Shown here one piece after another: positions 20,105 to 30,649 of a stretch of 64,000 bases of DNA. Both the position numbers and the translations under genes were made by a program. The stretch spans positions 63,859 to 127,858 of the forward strand of contig CAVRAT010000007.1 of the NCBI GenBank assembly GCA_963719125.1, in the 5' to 3' direction. The stretch is from an uncultured Acidimicrobiaceae bacterium (GTDB lineage Bacteria > Actinomycetota > Acidimicrobiia > Acidimicrobiales > Bog-793). Positions within the stretch are counted from its first letter, which is position 1; each line of letters opens with the position of its first letter. A model generated the notes under the pieces. It had not been told where the DNA came from and did not search any database. It saw nothing but the letters and a program-made list of their open reading frames with translations.

Positions 20105-20404
20105 ATGACCTTTGCCGTGTTGGCCGAGCCCTCTCGGCGGCGGATCCTCGACCTGCTGCGAGAACGGGAACGCTCCGTGAGCGAGCTCGTCGGGGACCTT
20201 CACATGAGCCAGCCCGGCGTCTCCAAACACCTCCGCGTGCTGCGCGAAGCGGGGCTCGTCAAAGCGCGCGTCGACGCGCAACGCCGCGTTTATCAGCTGC
20301 GAGCAGAGCCACTCTCCGAAGTGGACGCCTGGCTCGAACCCTACCGACGCTTCTGGTCGGGGCGACTTGACGCTTTGGAAGCCCACCTCGAAAGAAAGGA
20401 CTGA
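20105..20404 (+). CDS. ArsR/SmtB family transcriptional regulator
   Basis: FAVLAEPSRRRILDLL, SQPGVSKHLRVLREAGLV, AQRRVY. Confidence 0.95.
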   Translation: MTFAVLAEPSRRRILDLLRERERSVSELVGDLHMSQPGVSKHLRVLREAGLVKARVDAQRRVYQLRAEPLSEVDAWLEPYRRFWSGRLDALEAHLERKD

Positions 20405-20407
20405 GTC

Positions 20408-21367
20408 GTGAACGGATCCTTGTCAGACGATGAAGGCCGTTATGTGCTGCGATTCGAGCGACATCTCGGGCACCCCGTGGACCGTGTGTGGCGGGCCGTC
20501 ACCGTCCCTTCCGAGCTTGCCCATTGGTTTCCCGGCGATGTCGAGATCGACTTGAAGGTCGGCGGCAAGGTCACATTCACGAATTCCGGGCTTCAAGTCG
20601 ACTCCGAGCTCCTGCCGACCGGTGGAACCGTCACCGAGCTCGACGCTCCTCGCCTGTTGGCGTTCACGTGGGGAAAGGACCCGCTCCGCTTCGAGCTGAC
20701 GCCTTCTGAGCACGAGTGCACGCTCGTGTTTACCCATGGCTTCGAGAACCGGGCCAGCGCGCCGCGATCGGCTGCCGGATGGAACGTGCGCATCGACTCG
20801 TTCGTCGCCTGGCTGGACGGTGCGGCGCACGCCACGGCCAACTGGGCGGAGTACCACGCGCGCTACGTCGACGAGCTCGGGTCAGACGGTACGTTCACGC
20901 GCGATGGCGACACGGCCGTGCTCCGGTTCGAGCGCTTGCTGGACCGCCCGGTCGGGGAGGTGTGGGGCGCCCTCGTCGAACCGGATCGGCTGCGCTGCTG
21001 ACTGGGGGAAGTCAGCATCGACGCAACGGAGGGCGGGCACGTTGAGCTGCGTCTCGCCAATCCTCCCGGCTACACCGTCACCGGTGTGATCAGGCGCGTC
21101 GACGCGCCCAAAGTCCTGGAATACACCTGGACGAGCCCGGGCGAGCCGGGAGGTGTCGTCAAGTGGCAGCTGATCCCTGTGGGCAAGAGCTGCATCCTCA
21201 TCTTCACCCATAGCCTCGGCGGCCGATGGAACGAGGCGGGCACGCTGGCGGACTGGCATGTGCACCTGTCCCTGTTGGCAACTCATCTGGCCGGCCTGCC
21301 GACTTGGCCGTTCCCCGATACACGCTGGCAGGAGCTTCAAAAGCGTTACGCCGGCGGGCTGAGCTGA
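20408..21367 (+). pseudogene. Tandem SRPBCC/Aha1 domain protein with in-frame TGA at 20999-21001
   Basis: Two SRPBCC domains (LRFER.L..PV..VW.A twice). The frame stays open past the TGA to 21367; the TGA aligns with the Trp of LAHWF in domain 1. Confidence 0.85.
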
Positions 21368-21445
21368 CACAGCTCGACAGCTTCGGTTTCTCCTGCACGG
21401 GCGCACGCCGAGGCCGTGAGGTGCCTCGACTCCTATGATCGCCGG

Positions 21446-23137
21446 GTGGAGTACGCGGACTATGACGTCGTGGTGGTCGGCAGCGGTTTCGGGGGCAGCA
21501 CGGCGGCCCTGCGTCTGACCGAGAAGGGCTACCGCGTCGCGGTCCTGGAGTCGGGTTGCCGTTTCGACGAGACGACATTCCCGAAGACCTCGTGGCGCCT
21601 GCGCTCGTTCTTCTGGGCACCCAGGCTCGGGCTTTTCGGCATACAGCGGGTATCCGTCCTGAGAAATGTGATGGTGCTCTCGGGCGCGGGTGTGGGTGGA
21701 GGATCCCTCGTCTACGGGAACACGCTCTACGAGCCCTTCCCGTCCTTCTTCGCGGATGCCCGGTGGAGCCACATCACCGACTGGCGCGCGGAGCTGACGC
21801 CGTTCTTCGACCAGGCAAAGCGCATGCTCGGCGTTATTGCGAACCCGACCATGACCGCAGCAGATGACGTGATGCGTGCCGTCGCCGCGGAGATGGGTGT
21901 AGCCGAGACATTCGGCCCCACGCCGGTAGGTGTGTTCTTCGGCGAGCCCGGGCGCGAAGTGGACGACCCCTACTTCGGCGGCGTCGGCCCGGCGCGTAGG
22001 GGTTGCACCGAGTGTGGTGAGTGCATGACGGGCTGTCGCCACGGCGCCAAGAACACGCTGCTCAAGAACTACCTGTTCCTCGCCGAACGGGGAGGCGCCG
22101 AGGTGCACCCACTCACGACTGTCACCGGCATCCGGCCACGGGCCGACGGTCGCTACGAAGTCACAACCGAACGCAGTGGTGCATGGGTAGCCAAGCACCG
22201 GAGAACCTTCGTCGCTGCGGACGTCGTCCTGGCGGCAGGAACGATGGGCACCCAGAAGCTGCTGCACTCCATGCGCGACGTCGGGAACCTCCCCAATCTT
22301 TCCCCGCGGCTCGGTGAGCTCACGCGCTCGAACTCAGAAGCCATCATCGGAGCACGCACATTCCGGCGCGCGGTCGACTTCTCCAAAGGCGTCGCCATCA
22401 CGTCGTCGTTCTACCCCGACGAGCAGACCCACATCGAGCCGGTTCGCTACGGGCACGGCAGCAACGCCATGGGGCTGTTGACCACGGCACTTGCCGACGG
22501 CGACGGCCCGTCGCGCCTTGTGACATGGGCGCGCGAAGTGCTGCGCCATCCATTGATGATGGCGCGCAACTTGAGCATGCACAGGTGGTCTGAGCAGACC
22601 ATCGCAACACTCGTCATGCAGACCCGCGAGAACTCGATGATCTGTTACACGGAACCGGGACTCTTCGGCCGACGGCTCACGTCCAGACAGGGCCACGGAG
22701 AGCCGAACCCGACTTGGATCCCGATCGGCCACGACGCGGTTCGACGCATAGCCAGGCGCATCGGTGGATTCCCAGCAGGCGGCTGGAACGATGTCTTCAA
22801 CATCCCGATGACGGCCCACCTCCTCGGTGGCGCGGTGATCGGCGACTCGTCGGAGACCGGAGTGATCGATCCGTACCACCGCGTCTACGGCCATCCCGGC
22901 CTCCACGTCGTGGACGGCGCCTCCGTCTCTGCCAATCTCGGGGTCAACCCGTCGCTCACTATCACCGCACAAGCCGAGCGGGCGGTGGCGCTTTGGCCGA
23001 ACAAGGGCGAACCGGACCAGCGGGCCCGACTCGGTGAACCGTACCGGCGCATCGACCCGGTCGCGCCTCGCGATCCCATCGTCCCCGCCGGGGCTCCTGG
23101 TGCACTGCGCCTGAGGGCGTCGCCGCCGAGCTCGTGA
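21446..23137 (+). CDS. choD: Cholesterol oxidase-like GMC oxidoreductase (ChoD type)
   Basis: VVGSGFGG, GVGGGSLVYGNTLY, CTECGECMTGCRHGAKNTL, THIEPVRYG, TAHLLGG, NLGVNPSLTITAQAERA. TATGAT 6 nt before the GTG. Confidence 0.9.
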   Translation: MEYADYDVVVVGSGFGGSTAALRLTEKGYRVAVLESGCRFDETTFPKTSWRLRSFFWAPRLGLFGIQRVSVLRNVMVLSGAGVGGGSLVYGNTLYEPFPSFFADARWSHITDWRAELTPFFDQAKRMLGVIANPTMTAADDVMRAVAAEMGVAETFGPTPVGVFFGEPGREVDDPYFGGVGPARRGCTECGECMTGCRHGAKNTLLKNYLFLAERGGAEVHPLTTVTGIRPRADGRYEVTTERSGAWVAKHRRTFVAADVVLAAGTMGTQKLLHSMRDVGNLPNLSPRLGELTRSNSEAIIGARTFRRAVDFSKGVAITSSFYPDEQTHIEPVRYGHGSNAMGLLTTALADGDGPSRLVTWAREVLRHPLMMARNLSMHRWSEQTIATLVMQTRENSMICYTEPGLFGRRLTSRQGHGEPNPTWIPIGHDAVRRIARRIGGFPAGGWNDVFNIPMTAHLLGGAVIGDSSETGVIDPYHRVYGHPGLHVVDGASVSANLGVNPSLTITAQAERAVALWPNKGEPDQRARLGEPYRRIDPVAPRDPIVPAGAPGALRLRASPPSS

Positions 23138-23178
23138 CGCTCGGCCACCTCGACGAGCCGGATTGGAAGCCGCGGGTG

Positions 23179-24819
23179 TCAGGTTTGTGGGAAGGGGGCG
23201 ATCCTCAAGGTGTGGTCCCAGACAAGGACGTGATACCGGCCGACCTCGTAGAGATGAGGCGGCGGTCCCCATGTCCTGTCCGCGGCGATCATGTAGCGGT
23301 CGGCGTGTCGCGAAGTGCCATACACGAGGAACTGGAAGCGTTGGCCTGCGTACCAACTGGCAGACGACTGGGACATCATGCGCTGCACACCGTGCCTGCC
23401 GATCGACACGGGCCTCACCGTGACTGCGCCATTGCTCTCGACGGTCGTGATCGCGGCGGACCAGTACCCACCGATCCCATTTGTGAGATCGTGAGCTACA
23501 AGCCAGGTTGCCAAAGAACTGGCGGGCTGTGTCGGCTCAGGACGAGACAATGCGTAGCCGAGCCCGGCTCCGAAACTCAACGACACGGCCAGTCCTGCGA
23601 TCGCGAGTGCACGAGCGGTCCACCCCACCGGGACCTTCGACCACGCCCGGGCGACGATGCGCCCGGTCAGGACGCTGGCGAACACGATCGGCACAACTAG
23701 GAAGTGCACGCCGATCCCATTGGCTCCCGCGAGAATCACGAATATCGCCGACGAGCCGAGCGTTGCGAAAACGAGCATGTCGTCAAGCCGCCAAAGCTCG
23801 GTCCCGGTCGCCGGAGGTGCGTTCCGTGAACGCCCGCGGATGACACCGGCGACGAGGCTCACAAGGGCGACCGACAAGCATGTCAACATGCATAGTGCGC
23901 CCACAGCGTGCACTTCGAGCAGTCCAAGGGGGACCCCGCCAGCGGCGAAAGGGCCGTTCGTCCAACCAACGAGATGGGCCCCGTAGGTGAACAGGTGCCC
24001 AACGTTGGTGACCATCTGGCCCAGGTCGGCGATCCGTAGGGTCGTTCCCGGCTCGAACTTGCCGAACGTGTCGGCGAGGCGAAGCGCGATCTCGCCGATC
24101 CCGCCACTGGCGACGGCGGCCGTGACCTGAGCGATGCCGCTTTGCCACCTTCGCTCGCGCAGCATCGCCGCAAGGCCGGCAGTGAGCAGTGGCGCTACCG
24201 CAAAGGCGACGATCATCAGGTCGCCCAGCATCCCGAAAGCGAGCAGGGCCACCCCAGCCGCCCAGCCCCAGCCGAAGTGCCCCCGGCGCAACGCTGCGAA
24301 CGCGACGAGCGCGTACAGAGCCGTGGCGACATGGAAACCTTTTCCGACGAACCAGTAATCCATGGCTGGAGTGGCAAAGGCAAGAAGAGCCACGACGGCG
24401 ACAGCCCCGGCAAGACCCGCCGCGGCACGCCGCCCCTCGACTGCGAGGAGAACGCCGACGGAAATGGTGACTGCGGTCACGATCGCGGGCTCTGCGTAGA
24501 GGATCCCTGGCCTGAGGCCACCGACGACACGGACCGCGAGAGCGTAGAAGAGCGCGTCGCTGGTCCAGTAACTGCCAGGCGCCAGGATCCAGCCGTGAAG
24601 CAGGAGGTGGCCATTGCTCATGGCCTGGCCTACGAGCATTGTGGTTGCCTTGTCCGAGTCGGCGGCGCCGGTGTGGACCGATGTGCCGTAAAGGAGCGCG
24701 ACAAGACCAGCGAAGCCAACGGCTATCGCTGCCGAGACCACGGAAAGTCGAAGGCGGGGTCGCCTCACCAATCCGGCTCGTGAGTCGGGAGTCGCGCTGT
24801 CGGCGTCGACCGCGGTCAC
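23179..24819 (-). CDS. Polytopic membrane protein, possible GT-C glycosyltransferase
   Basis: More than 10 hydrophobic segments; acidic loop DSD after TM1 and G(H)LLLHGW; C-terminal soluble domain with GYWSA. Directly downstream of the YfhO-like gene. Confidence 0.65.
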   Translation of the reverse strand: MTAVDADSATPDSRAGLVRRPRLRLSVVSAAIAVGFAGLVALLYGTSVHTGAADSDKATTMLVGQAMSNGHLLLHGWILAPGSYWTSDALFYALAVRVVGGLRPGILYAEPAIVTAVTISVGVLLAVEGRRAAAGLAGAVAVVALLAFATPAMDYWFVGKGFHVATALYALVAFAALRRGHFGWGWAAGVALLAFGMLGDLMIVAFAVAPLLTAGLAAMLRERRWQSGIAQVTAAVASGGIGEIALRLADTFGKFEPGTTLRIADLGQMVTNVGHLFTYGAHLVGWTNGPFAAGGVPLGLLEVHAVGALCMLTCLSVALVSLVAGVIRGRSRNAPPATGTELWRLDDMLVFATLGSSAIFVILAGANGIGVHFLVVPIVFASVLTGRIVARAWSKVPVGWTARALAIAGLAVSLSFGAGLGYALSRPEPTQPASSLATWLVAHDLTNGIGGYWSAAITTVESNGAVTVRPVSIGRHGVQRMMSQSSASWYAGQRFQFLVYGTSRHADRYMIAADRTWGPPPHLYEVGRYHVLVWDHTLRIAPFPQT

Positions 24820-24823
24820 AGGA

Positions 24824-27280
24824 CTAGGCCCGTGACCTCGCCCGGAGAGCCTCGCGGCTGGCGATCTCGGCCTTCTCGAGCGCCGGGGCGAGCGACTCGC
24901 CGGCGTCCGCACGCACCAGCTCGGGTCGCGACCTGCGCCGCACAAGTGGCCAGGCCACCCACGCGAGCAGTGCGGCGAGGGCCGCCAGAGCGAGCCATGT
25001 CCCGATCACCAGGCGCTTCGGCATGTACCAGAGGTGGACGACATAACGGCCTGCCGGGACCGGCGCCTTCAGCATGACGCCCTTGTAGAGCGACAAGGGA
25101 CGTGCGCGCCCGTCAATGGTGACGTGCCACCCGGGAAAACCGCTCACGCGCATGATGAGCTGGCTTGGCGTCGAGGCGTCGATAGTGAAGGTCCAGCTGC
25201 TCGTCACGGGATGCTTCACGAAAGACACGACCCCCGAGGCGCCCGAGCCGACATCGGCGACCAAGGAGAAGCGCGCCACACCGGGAACCGCGTACAGGTG
25301 CTCGCCCGCGAACGACCCGACATAGCGCGTGTCCGCCGGTGGCGGCAGGTAAAGCCGCGTCGGCTGCAGGATCCACTGGATCCCGTACTTGCGAGCGAGC
25401 GCGGCGGAGTCGATGTCGGGCTCGACGACGGGCGGCCCGCCCGTGCGCAGGAAGTAAGCCTGCGGAATCACTGGGTCGTAGGCGGCGAACTCGGAGAGCC
25501 CGTAGCCGAGGTTGGCTTCCGGGTAGAAGCCGGCGTGCGCCATCTTCCGCGACTGTGTCGGCGTTCCGGTGTCCACTCCGACAAGGCCTGACCCTACGAC
25601 CGCCTCCAGCCGTGCAATCGCGGGGGTGACCGGGAAGAAACTCTTGCTGTAGGAGTTGATCCCCACGCCGGAGAAGACAAGAAAAGCAGCCTCCGCACCA
25701 AAAAGCAGCGCCACGGCCGCCAGGACCGCAGCTCGGGCGCGCCGACGATGCGCCAGCGTTCGCACGAGGACGAACAGGACACCGGCCAGAACGCATGCGC
25801 CCACAAGCCCGATCGGCCACCACAAGCTGTCGAGCCTGAGCTGGTGCTGCCACGTCGGGAGGTCGTTCTCGACTGCACTGCGCCAGAGAAAGTCAACGAA
25901 TATGGCGACAAGCGCGGTCAGGCCCCAGTACAAGGTCAGCATGCGGCGCTCGCCGCGCACGCGGATGAGAGTCTCGAGCCCCAAAGCAGACAGCACACCG
26001 ACGGGCAGGCCGATGACCGTGCGCATCCGCTTGATCGCCACGCCACGAAGGCTCGAGTGGCTCACGAGGTTCGACACGACATGGAACCACGTCGTCTGGT
26101 AGGAGATCAACATGGTGACCACGACCATGGCGGCAAGCGCGATGACCGCCGGGTGGCGCCACCAACGCAGCACGGCGGCCCCGGCCAGGACGAGCGCGAT
26201 CACCCCGACGTAGACAACCGTCTCGTAGTAGTCGCCGTGCGAGTAGAACAAGGTGCTTCCCTTGATCGGAAGCCCGTAGTACCCGGGAGCGACAAGCAGG
26301 CCGAGAGAGTTCGCGTCGACGCCACGCACGCCCCCAGAACCTGCCGCGCGGTGACTGCCCTTCACGATCTGCAGTCCCGGGAACCACAGCGGCGAGGAGA
26401 GTACCGCTCCCGCGACGATCCCGACAGCGACGCGAATGACGCCAGAGGGTGAGAGCCCGCGCCTTGATGCAAGTGCCAGGACTGCCAGCACGACAAAGAA
26501 GGTCAGGAGCGCCGCCGCGACGAAGAAGTACGCCTCGGGAAACCCGGCGAACACGCAAAAGGCGACCGACAGCGCCAAGAGGATTACGTAAGAGCGTTTC
26601 CCCTTCCAACGGTAGGCGAGGATCGCAAGCGCCATGATCCAGCCGAGCCAGGCCACGACCCCTGACAACGGCCAGGCAAGCCAAGCGGAAAATGCACCCG
26701 ACAACATGAAGATGGTCCCGCCGAACGCCGACGCCAAAGGTCGCAAACCGAGCACACGGCAAAGGACGTAGGCACCGGTCCCTGCGATGAGGAGCTTCAT
26801 CGCCACGACGACGAGGAACGCGAACCGGAGCGGGAAGAGATAGCTGACAAGATCGGGCAGGCTCAGCACGGCCGACTGGAAGTTGAGGAACTGGTTCAAC
26901 CCGAGCAGGCTCAGGTCGTTCCAGAGTGGGAACTGGAGATGGTGGATCGCTGTCCAGTCGAAGGTGTTGAAAGACACCATCTCGCTGACCGAGTCGCCGT
27001 TCAGCCAGTTGTGCGGCATGCCGGGGTACGCGCTTTGGCCGAGTGAGGTGAAGCCGATAACGGAGTCGAAGGCGCCGAAGCTCCAACCGTCTTTGACTGC
27101 CGGCGATAAGTAGGCGAGGACGAAGCCGACAATGGCCGAAAGGCCGAACACATCGCCGCCGCGGCGTGCCCACCAGCTCCCGAGACGTCTACGAGATCGC
27201 GCGTGTACGCCTGTCACCAGATCGACTCCGGTGTTCGCCTGGCTGTCGGGAGTGATTGGTCGGGTGCGAGTCCTGTGCAT
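24824..27280 (-). CDS. YfhO family membrane protein (GT-C glycosyltransferase-like)
   Basis: FPLWN....G......Q, G.PE, YVG motifs and C-terminal FPGWHVTIDG...VPAGRYVVHLWY.P. Start uncertain. Confidence 0.85.
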   Translation of the reverse strand: MHRTRTRPITPDSQANTGVDLVTGVHARSRRRLGSWWARRGGDVFGLSAIVGFVLAYLSPAVKDGWSFGAFDSVIGFTSLGQSAYPGMPHNWLNGDSVSEMVSFNTFDWTAIHHLQFPLWNDLSLLGLNQFLNFQSAVLSLPDLVSYLFPLRFAFLVVVAMKLLIAGTGAYVLCRVLGLRPLASAFGGTIFMLSGAFSAWLAWPLSGVVAWLGWIMALAILAYRWKGKRSYVILLALSVAFCVFAGFPEAYFFVAAALLTFFVVLAVLALASRRGLSPSGVIRVAVGIVAGAVLSSPLWFPGLQIVKGSHRAAGSGGVRGVDANSLGLLVAPGYYGLPIKGSTLFYSHGDYYETVVYVGVIALVLAGAAVLRWWRHPAVIALAAMVVVTMLISYQTTWFHVVSNLVSHSSLRGVAIKRMRTVIGLPVGVLSALGLETLIRVRGERRMLTLYWGLTALVAIFVDFLWRSAVENDLPTWQHQLRLDSLWWPIGLVGACVLAGVLFVLVRTLAHRRRARAAVLAAVALLFGAEAAFLVFSGVGINSYSKSFFPVTPAIARLEAVVGSGLVGVDTGTPTQSRKMAHAGFYPEANLGYGLSEFAAYDPVIPQAYFLRTGGPPVVEPDIDSAALARKYGIQWILQPTRLYLPPPADTRYVGSFAGEHLYAVPGVARFSLVADVGSGASGVVSFVKHPVTSSWTFTIDASTPSQLIMRVSGFPGWHVTIDGRARPLSLYKGVMLKAPVPAGRYVVHLWYMPKRLVIGTWLALAALAALLAWVAWPLVRRRSRPELVRADAGESLAPALEKAEIASREALRARSRA

Positions 27281-28321
27281 CGGAACACCGACAGTTCAGC
27301 GGGTCCGCAACGTCCCCGCCATTCCGGCGCACTCAGCTGGTCGAATTCCGCGCGTGCGAAGGCGGCTCTTGAGCAAGGCGGCTGCTCGACCCTGTGTCGC
27401 TCCCGCGACGATGGGAGCGATCCGGAAACGTCCTTCACGTGCATCGCTCAGACAAGAAGGGAGGCGCGATAGCGCTCACCTTGCCGACGAAGACGACTGG
27501 CCTATCGGTGGTCGTGGTCGTGGCGCCACGCGGCTCATGTCCACATAGGGAGGATGCCGACAGCGCAGGCAGGCACGCTGCTCGCAGCATGCGGCGGTCG
27601 GGCACGGTCCACAGTGTTACAGCTCCACTTCGAGCTGGGCGCGCGGCACCGTCCTCGGCGTCGCGTCTCAAGGATCAGGTCGCGCGGCCCTACGGAAGTT
27701 CATGTGAGTTGTGTAAGGCGCAACGTTGCCGCCGACGCCGCCACGCGCCGATCAACGGCTCAAGTATCAGGGCAGGGGCGGATCTGGAACGGAGCTTCGC
27801 GCAAGGTTCGCCCGGGGTTGTCGTCTGTCAGGCATCACGCCACTTCTCCATCTGACGACGATCCAGAGGTCCCACCGACGATCGCCCGTGACCCTTCGCC
27901 GCCAGTACGGCTCGACATCTCCCGTCGCGTGGTCGTCGAGCGCCACCATAGTGAGATCACGATCGACTCACATCCGACCGGGACCAGAATGCGTGTGCGC
28001 CTCCTTGAGCGTCGTGCGCCAAGCGCTTACCCAACGCGACCTCGTTCCGACAAGAGCTCTCGAACCGAGTCCGAAAGGGCTGGCTGTGGGTGCAGGGGGA
28101 CTTGGGTAGGGTCGAGTATCGAGCGTTCGTCCCACGGGCGTCACCTTGGGCAAGGCTTGGATCTGCGGTACCGACCAGGGGCGGACGTGAGCGCCAGCCA
28201 GGAAAACAGGAGGACTCGCCCTACCGAAACTCACGCCCACGTGGTAGAACACAGCAGAAATTGGTGCGGTGAGAGCGCGGGTCCCCATCGACGAGGTGGT
28301 GCGCGCGAACAGGGGGGAACA

Positions 28322-28783
28322 ATGGGGTTGGGAAAGCTTCGTCGCGGGTTTCTGATCGCGGCGGTTGCCACCGTGATGGCAGCAGTGCCGTGCGTCGCGT
28401 CAAGTGCGGCGACACGAACCTGGCATTCCGCGGGCAGTTCACTCAAGCTCAGCGGACCGACGTCGAACAAGATGGGCGCGCCCTTCGAATACACGATCTC
28501 GGGCACCGCGGTCAGCCCTGCCGACTACGTGGTCGCCTGGGAACAGTTCTACCCGCAGGGAGGTTGTGCGAGTACCTACGCGGCGGAGAGCACACGCGTC
28601 TTCCTGCCTAACACCTGCGGATTGACGCTGTTCGAGAACCGAAGCGTCTCCCAGAACTACTCGATGGTCGAGCACTTCGGCGCGGACCACCTCGGCAAGC
28701 ACGGTGTCTGCGCCTACCTGATCGACCTCGCGACAGGTGACACCTACGCCTATGCCGGTCAGTTCTGGACGAACCATAAGTGA
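28322..28783 (+). CDS. Secreted hypothetical protein
   Basis: GGGGG RBS; signal peptide MGLGKLRRGFLIAAVATVMAA; Cys-containing mature domain. Confidence 0.7.
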   Translation: MGLGKLRRGFLIAAVATVMAAVPCVASSAATRTWHSAGSSLKLSGPTSNKMGAPFEYTISGTAVSPADYVVAWEQFYPQGGCASTYAAESTRVFLPNTCGLTLFENRSVSQNYSMVEHFGADHLGKHGVCAYLIDLATGDTYAYAGQFWTNHK

Positions 28784-28908
28784 GAAGGTCGCCTTGAGGA
28801 CTCAGAGCGCCTGACCTGACGCGTCTGTGAGACCGGTGGACGCCGAGGCATAAGCGCCGCGTTCGGCAACCCGCGTGGACGATGTCCGACCTCAGGCGCA
28901 AGGGCGAC

Positions 28909-28945
28909 CGCATTGGCGAGGTCTCTTGTGCCGCGCCTGCCCTAG
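28909..28945 (+). repeat. Left part of 107-bp repeat copy A (split by IS pair)
   Basis: Joined to 32514-32583 it aligns with 36023-36129 (10 mismatches in 107, manual count). Confidence 0.9.
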
Positions 28946-30645
28946 GAGCGTGGGTCCGAACCGGAAAGCGGTCCTGCCTCGAAGCTCGATGAGGCGAGAT
29001 AGCGAACCCTGACCGGTGGTCGTGGCTTCTCGTTGGTTACGAGGCGTCCGAAGCTGAGCTTGCGAGGGTGCTCCGCACCTCTCATGGTGTCGCGATCGCG
29101 GCCGATCCGCCCGCGTTGGCGAGCTTTCGCAGGTTGTGGCAGACGAGGTGGAGCGTCCATTCGCCCCGTGCTCCATCAAGTCCGCGCAAACGGAGATGAC
29201 CGGCGTGCTGTCGGACCTTCATCTGGCCGAATGCCGGTTCGACGATCGCCTTTCGCCGGGCGTAGTCGGCTCGTCCGGCCTTGGTCCGGAGGCGTCTCGC
29301 CATACGTTGCTTGGCCGTCGTGTTCTTCGGGATGCGCCCTCTCGGTGCGGCCGTGACACGCTCGTCGTGGGTCAGCCGGCCCGTGGCGACGAGTGCGTCG
29401 AGGTCGTCCTCGGCGAGTGCTTCGAGATTGTCCTTCGAGCAGTAACCGGCATCGGCTAACAGCACCTTCGGACGATCTTCGACCCCGGCGCGCACGAGCT
29501 CAACGTCCATCGCCTCGATCATCGGGATCAATTGGTTGACATCGGTGGCTTGTTGGGTAACCACACCGGCGAGGACGACCTGGTTCTTCTCGTCGACGAC
29601 TGCTTGGGCGTTGTAGGCGTAGTGAAATGACCCGTCAGAGGTCTTCATGATGCGCGACTCGGGATCGGTGAAGTTGCGCTGGGCCTTTGCGGCCGGCTTG
29701 GCCTTTTCTCCGGCCTGTTCGGCCGCTTCGGCGATCTCCTCGTCGTTGGTGCGCTCGGCGTTCTTTGCTTGTTTGGCGCCGGCGCGCTCTTTGGCCTCGG
29801 CCTCGATGGCCTTCATTGCCTCACGCATCTTTGCGATGCGCGTCTCGCGTCGGGCGAGCTCGGCAGGTACTTCGTCGCCCCGGCGGTCCGCACCGAAGGC
29901 CTCGTCCTCTTCCCGGTCGATCGCCTCGGCCTCAGCGAGGATCTCGCGCACCTCGGCATCGAGCTGTTCGATCTTCTTTTGCATGTGGTCATAGCTCATG
30001 GCCTTGTGCCTGCTCGCCGAGGCCCGCAGCTTGGTGCCGTCGAGGGCGACCCGTCCGAGCTTTAGGAGCCCGGCTGTTGCGCACAATACGAGAACCTGGG
30101 TGAACAGGTCGTCGAGGGCCCCGAGGTGGCGACGGCGAAAGCGCGCCATCGAGCGGTAGTCCGGTGCGGCGTTCGCCGAAAGGAAGCGGAACGCCACGTC
30201 GGTCACACAGCGCCGCTCGATCTCCCGGGAAGAGGTCACGCCGATCGAGTAGCTGTAGAGCAGGAGCTTCAGCATCATGCGCGGGTCATAGGGAGGTGCC
30301 CCGTCCGCGGTCGCGTAGGAGCCATAGATCACCGACAGGTCGAGCAGACCGTCGACGGCCTCGGAGATGAACCGCGCCTCGTGATCTTCGGGCAGCCAGT
30401 CGTCGAGACTCGGGGGCAGGAGGAAGGACTGGGACGGGTCGTAGTGGCGGAATGTCTTGGCCGTCAAGGCAGAGGGCGTCGTCGCCGTCTTTCGTGGGCC
30501 GACCGCTACCTCGAAGAGCTGGTCGTCAACGGTGCCGTTCTCCATGGCACAAAGTCTTGTCGGTGCTCACGGAAATCGCGAATTTTCACCGCATCACAGG
30601 GATGGGAAGCGCGCGGGGCGGCTCAGGGGGTTCTGACCCACGCAC
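28946..30645 (-). mobile_element. IS1182-family insertion sequence (copy 1)
   Basis: Inverted repeats GAGCGTGGGTCCGAACC / GGTTCTGACCCACGCAC (2 mismatches), flanked by CTAG at 28942-45 and 30646-49. Confidence 0.92.
29082..30545 (-). CDS. IS1182-family transposase
   Basis: LLPPSLDDWLPEDH.ARF, PPYDPRMMLKLLLY, SSREIE, ALDGTKLRASAS, NFTDPESRIMK, ADAGY, Y.RRK.IVEP.FG..K. Confidence 0.95.
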   Translation of the reverse strand: MENGTVDDQLFEVAVGPRKTATTPSALTAKTFRHYDPSQSFLLPPSLDDWLPEDHEARFISEAVDGLLDLSVIYGSYATADGAPPYDPRMMLKLLLYSYSIGVTSSREIERRCVTDVAFRFLSANAAPDYRSMARFRRRHLGALDDLFTQVLVLCATAGLLKLGRVALDGTKLRASASRHKAMSYDHMQKKIEQLDAEVREILAEAEAIDREEDEAFGADRRGDEVPAELARRETRIAKMREAMKAIEAEAKERAGAKQAKNAERTNDEEIAEAAEQAGEKAKPAAKAQRNFTDPESRIMKTSDGSFHYAYNAQAVVDEKNQVVLAGVVTQQATDVNQLIPMIEAMDVELVRAGVEDRPKVLLADAGYCSKDNLEALAEDDLDALVATGRLTHDERVTAAPRGRIPKNTTAKQRMARRLRTKAGRADYARRKAIVEPAFGQMKVRQHAGHLRLRGLDGARGEWTLHLVCHNLRKLANAGGSAAIATP

Positions 30646-30649
30646 CTAG

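Noticed and set aside
20993-21040. Selenocysteine readthrough at C-TGA in the SRPBCC gene
   Set aside because: The position aligns with Trp, not Cys, in the gene's own first domain, and no convincing SECIS hairpin follows.
27300-28320. Coding potential in the 1-kb gap, including the N-terminal extension of ORF 27554-28783
   Set aside because: Low-complexity Arg/Pro/Ser translations with no recognisable motif; possibly decayed gene fragments, not supportable.
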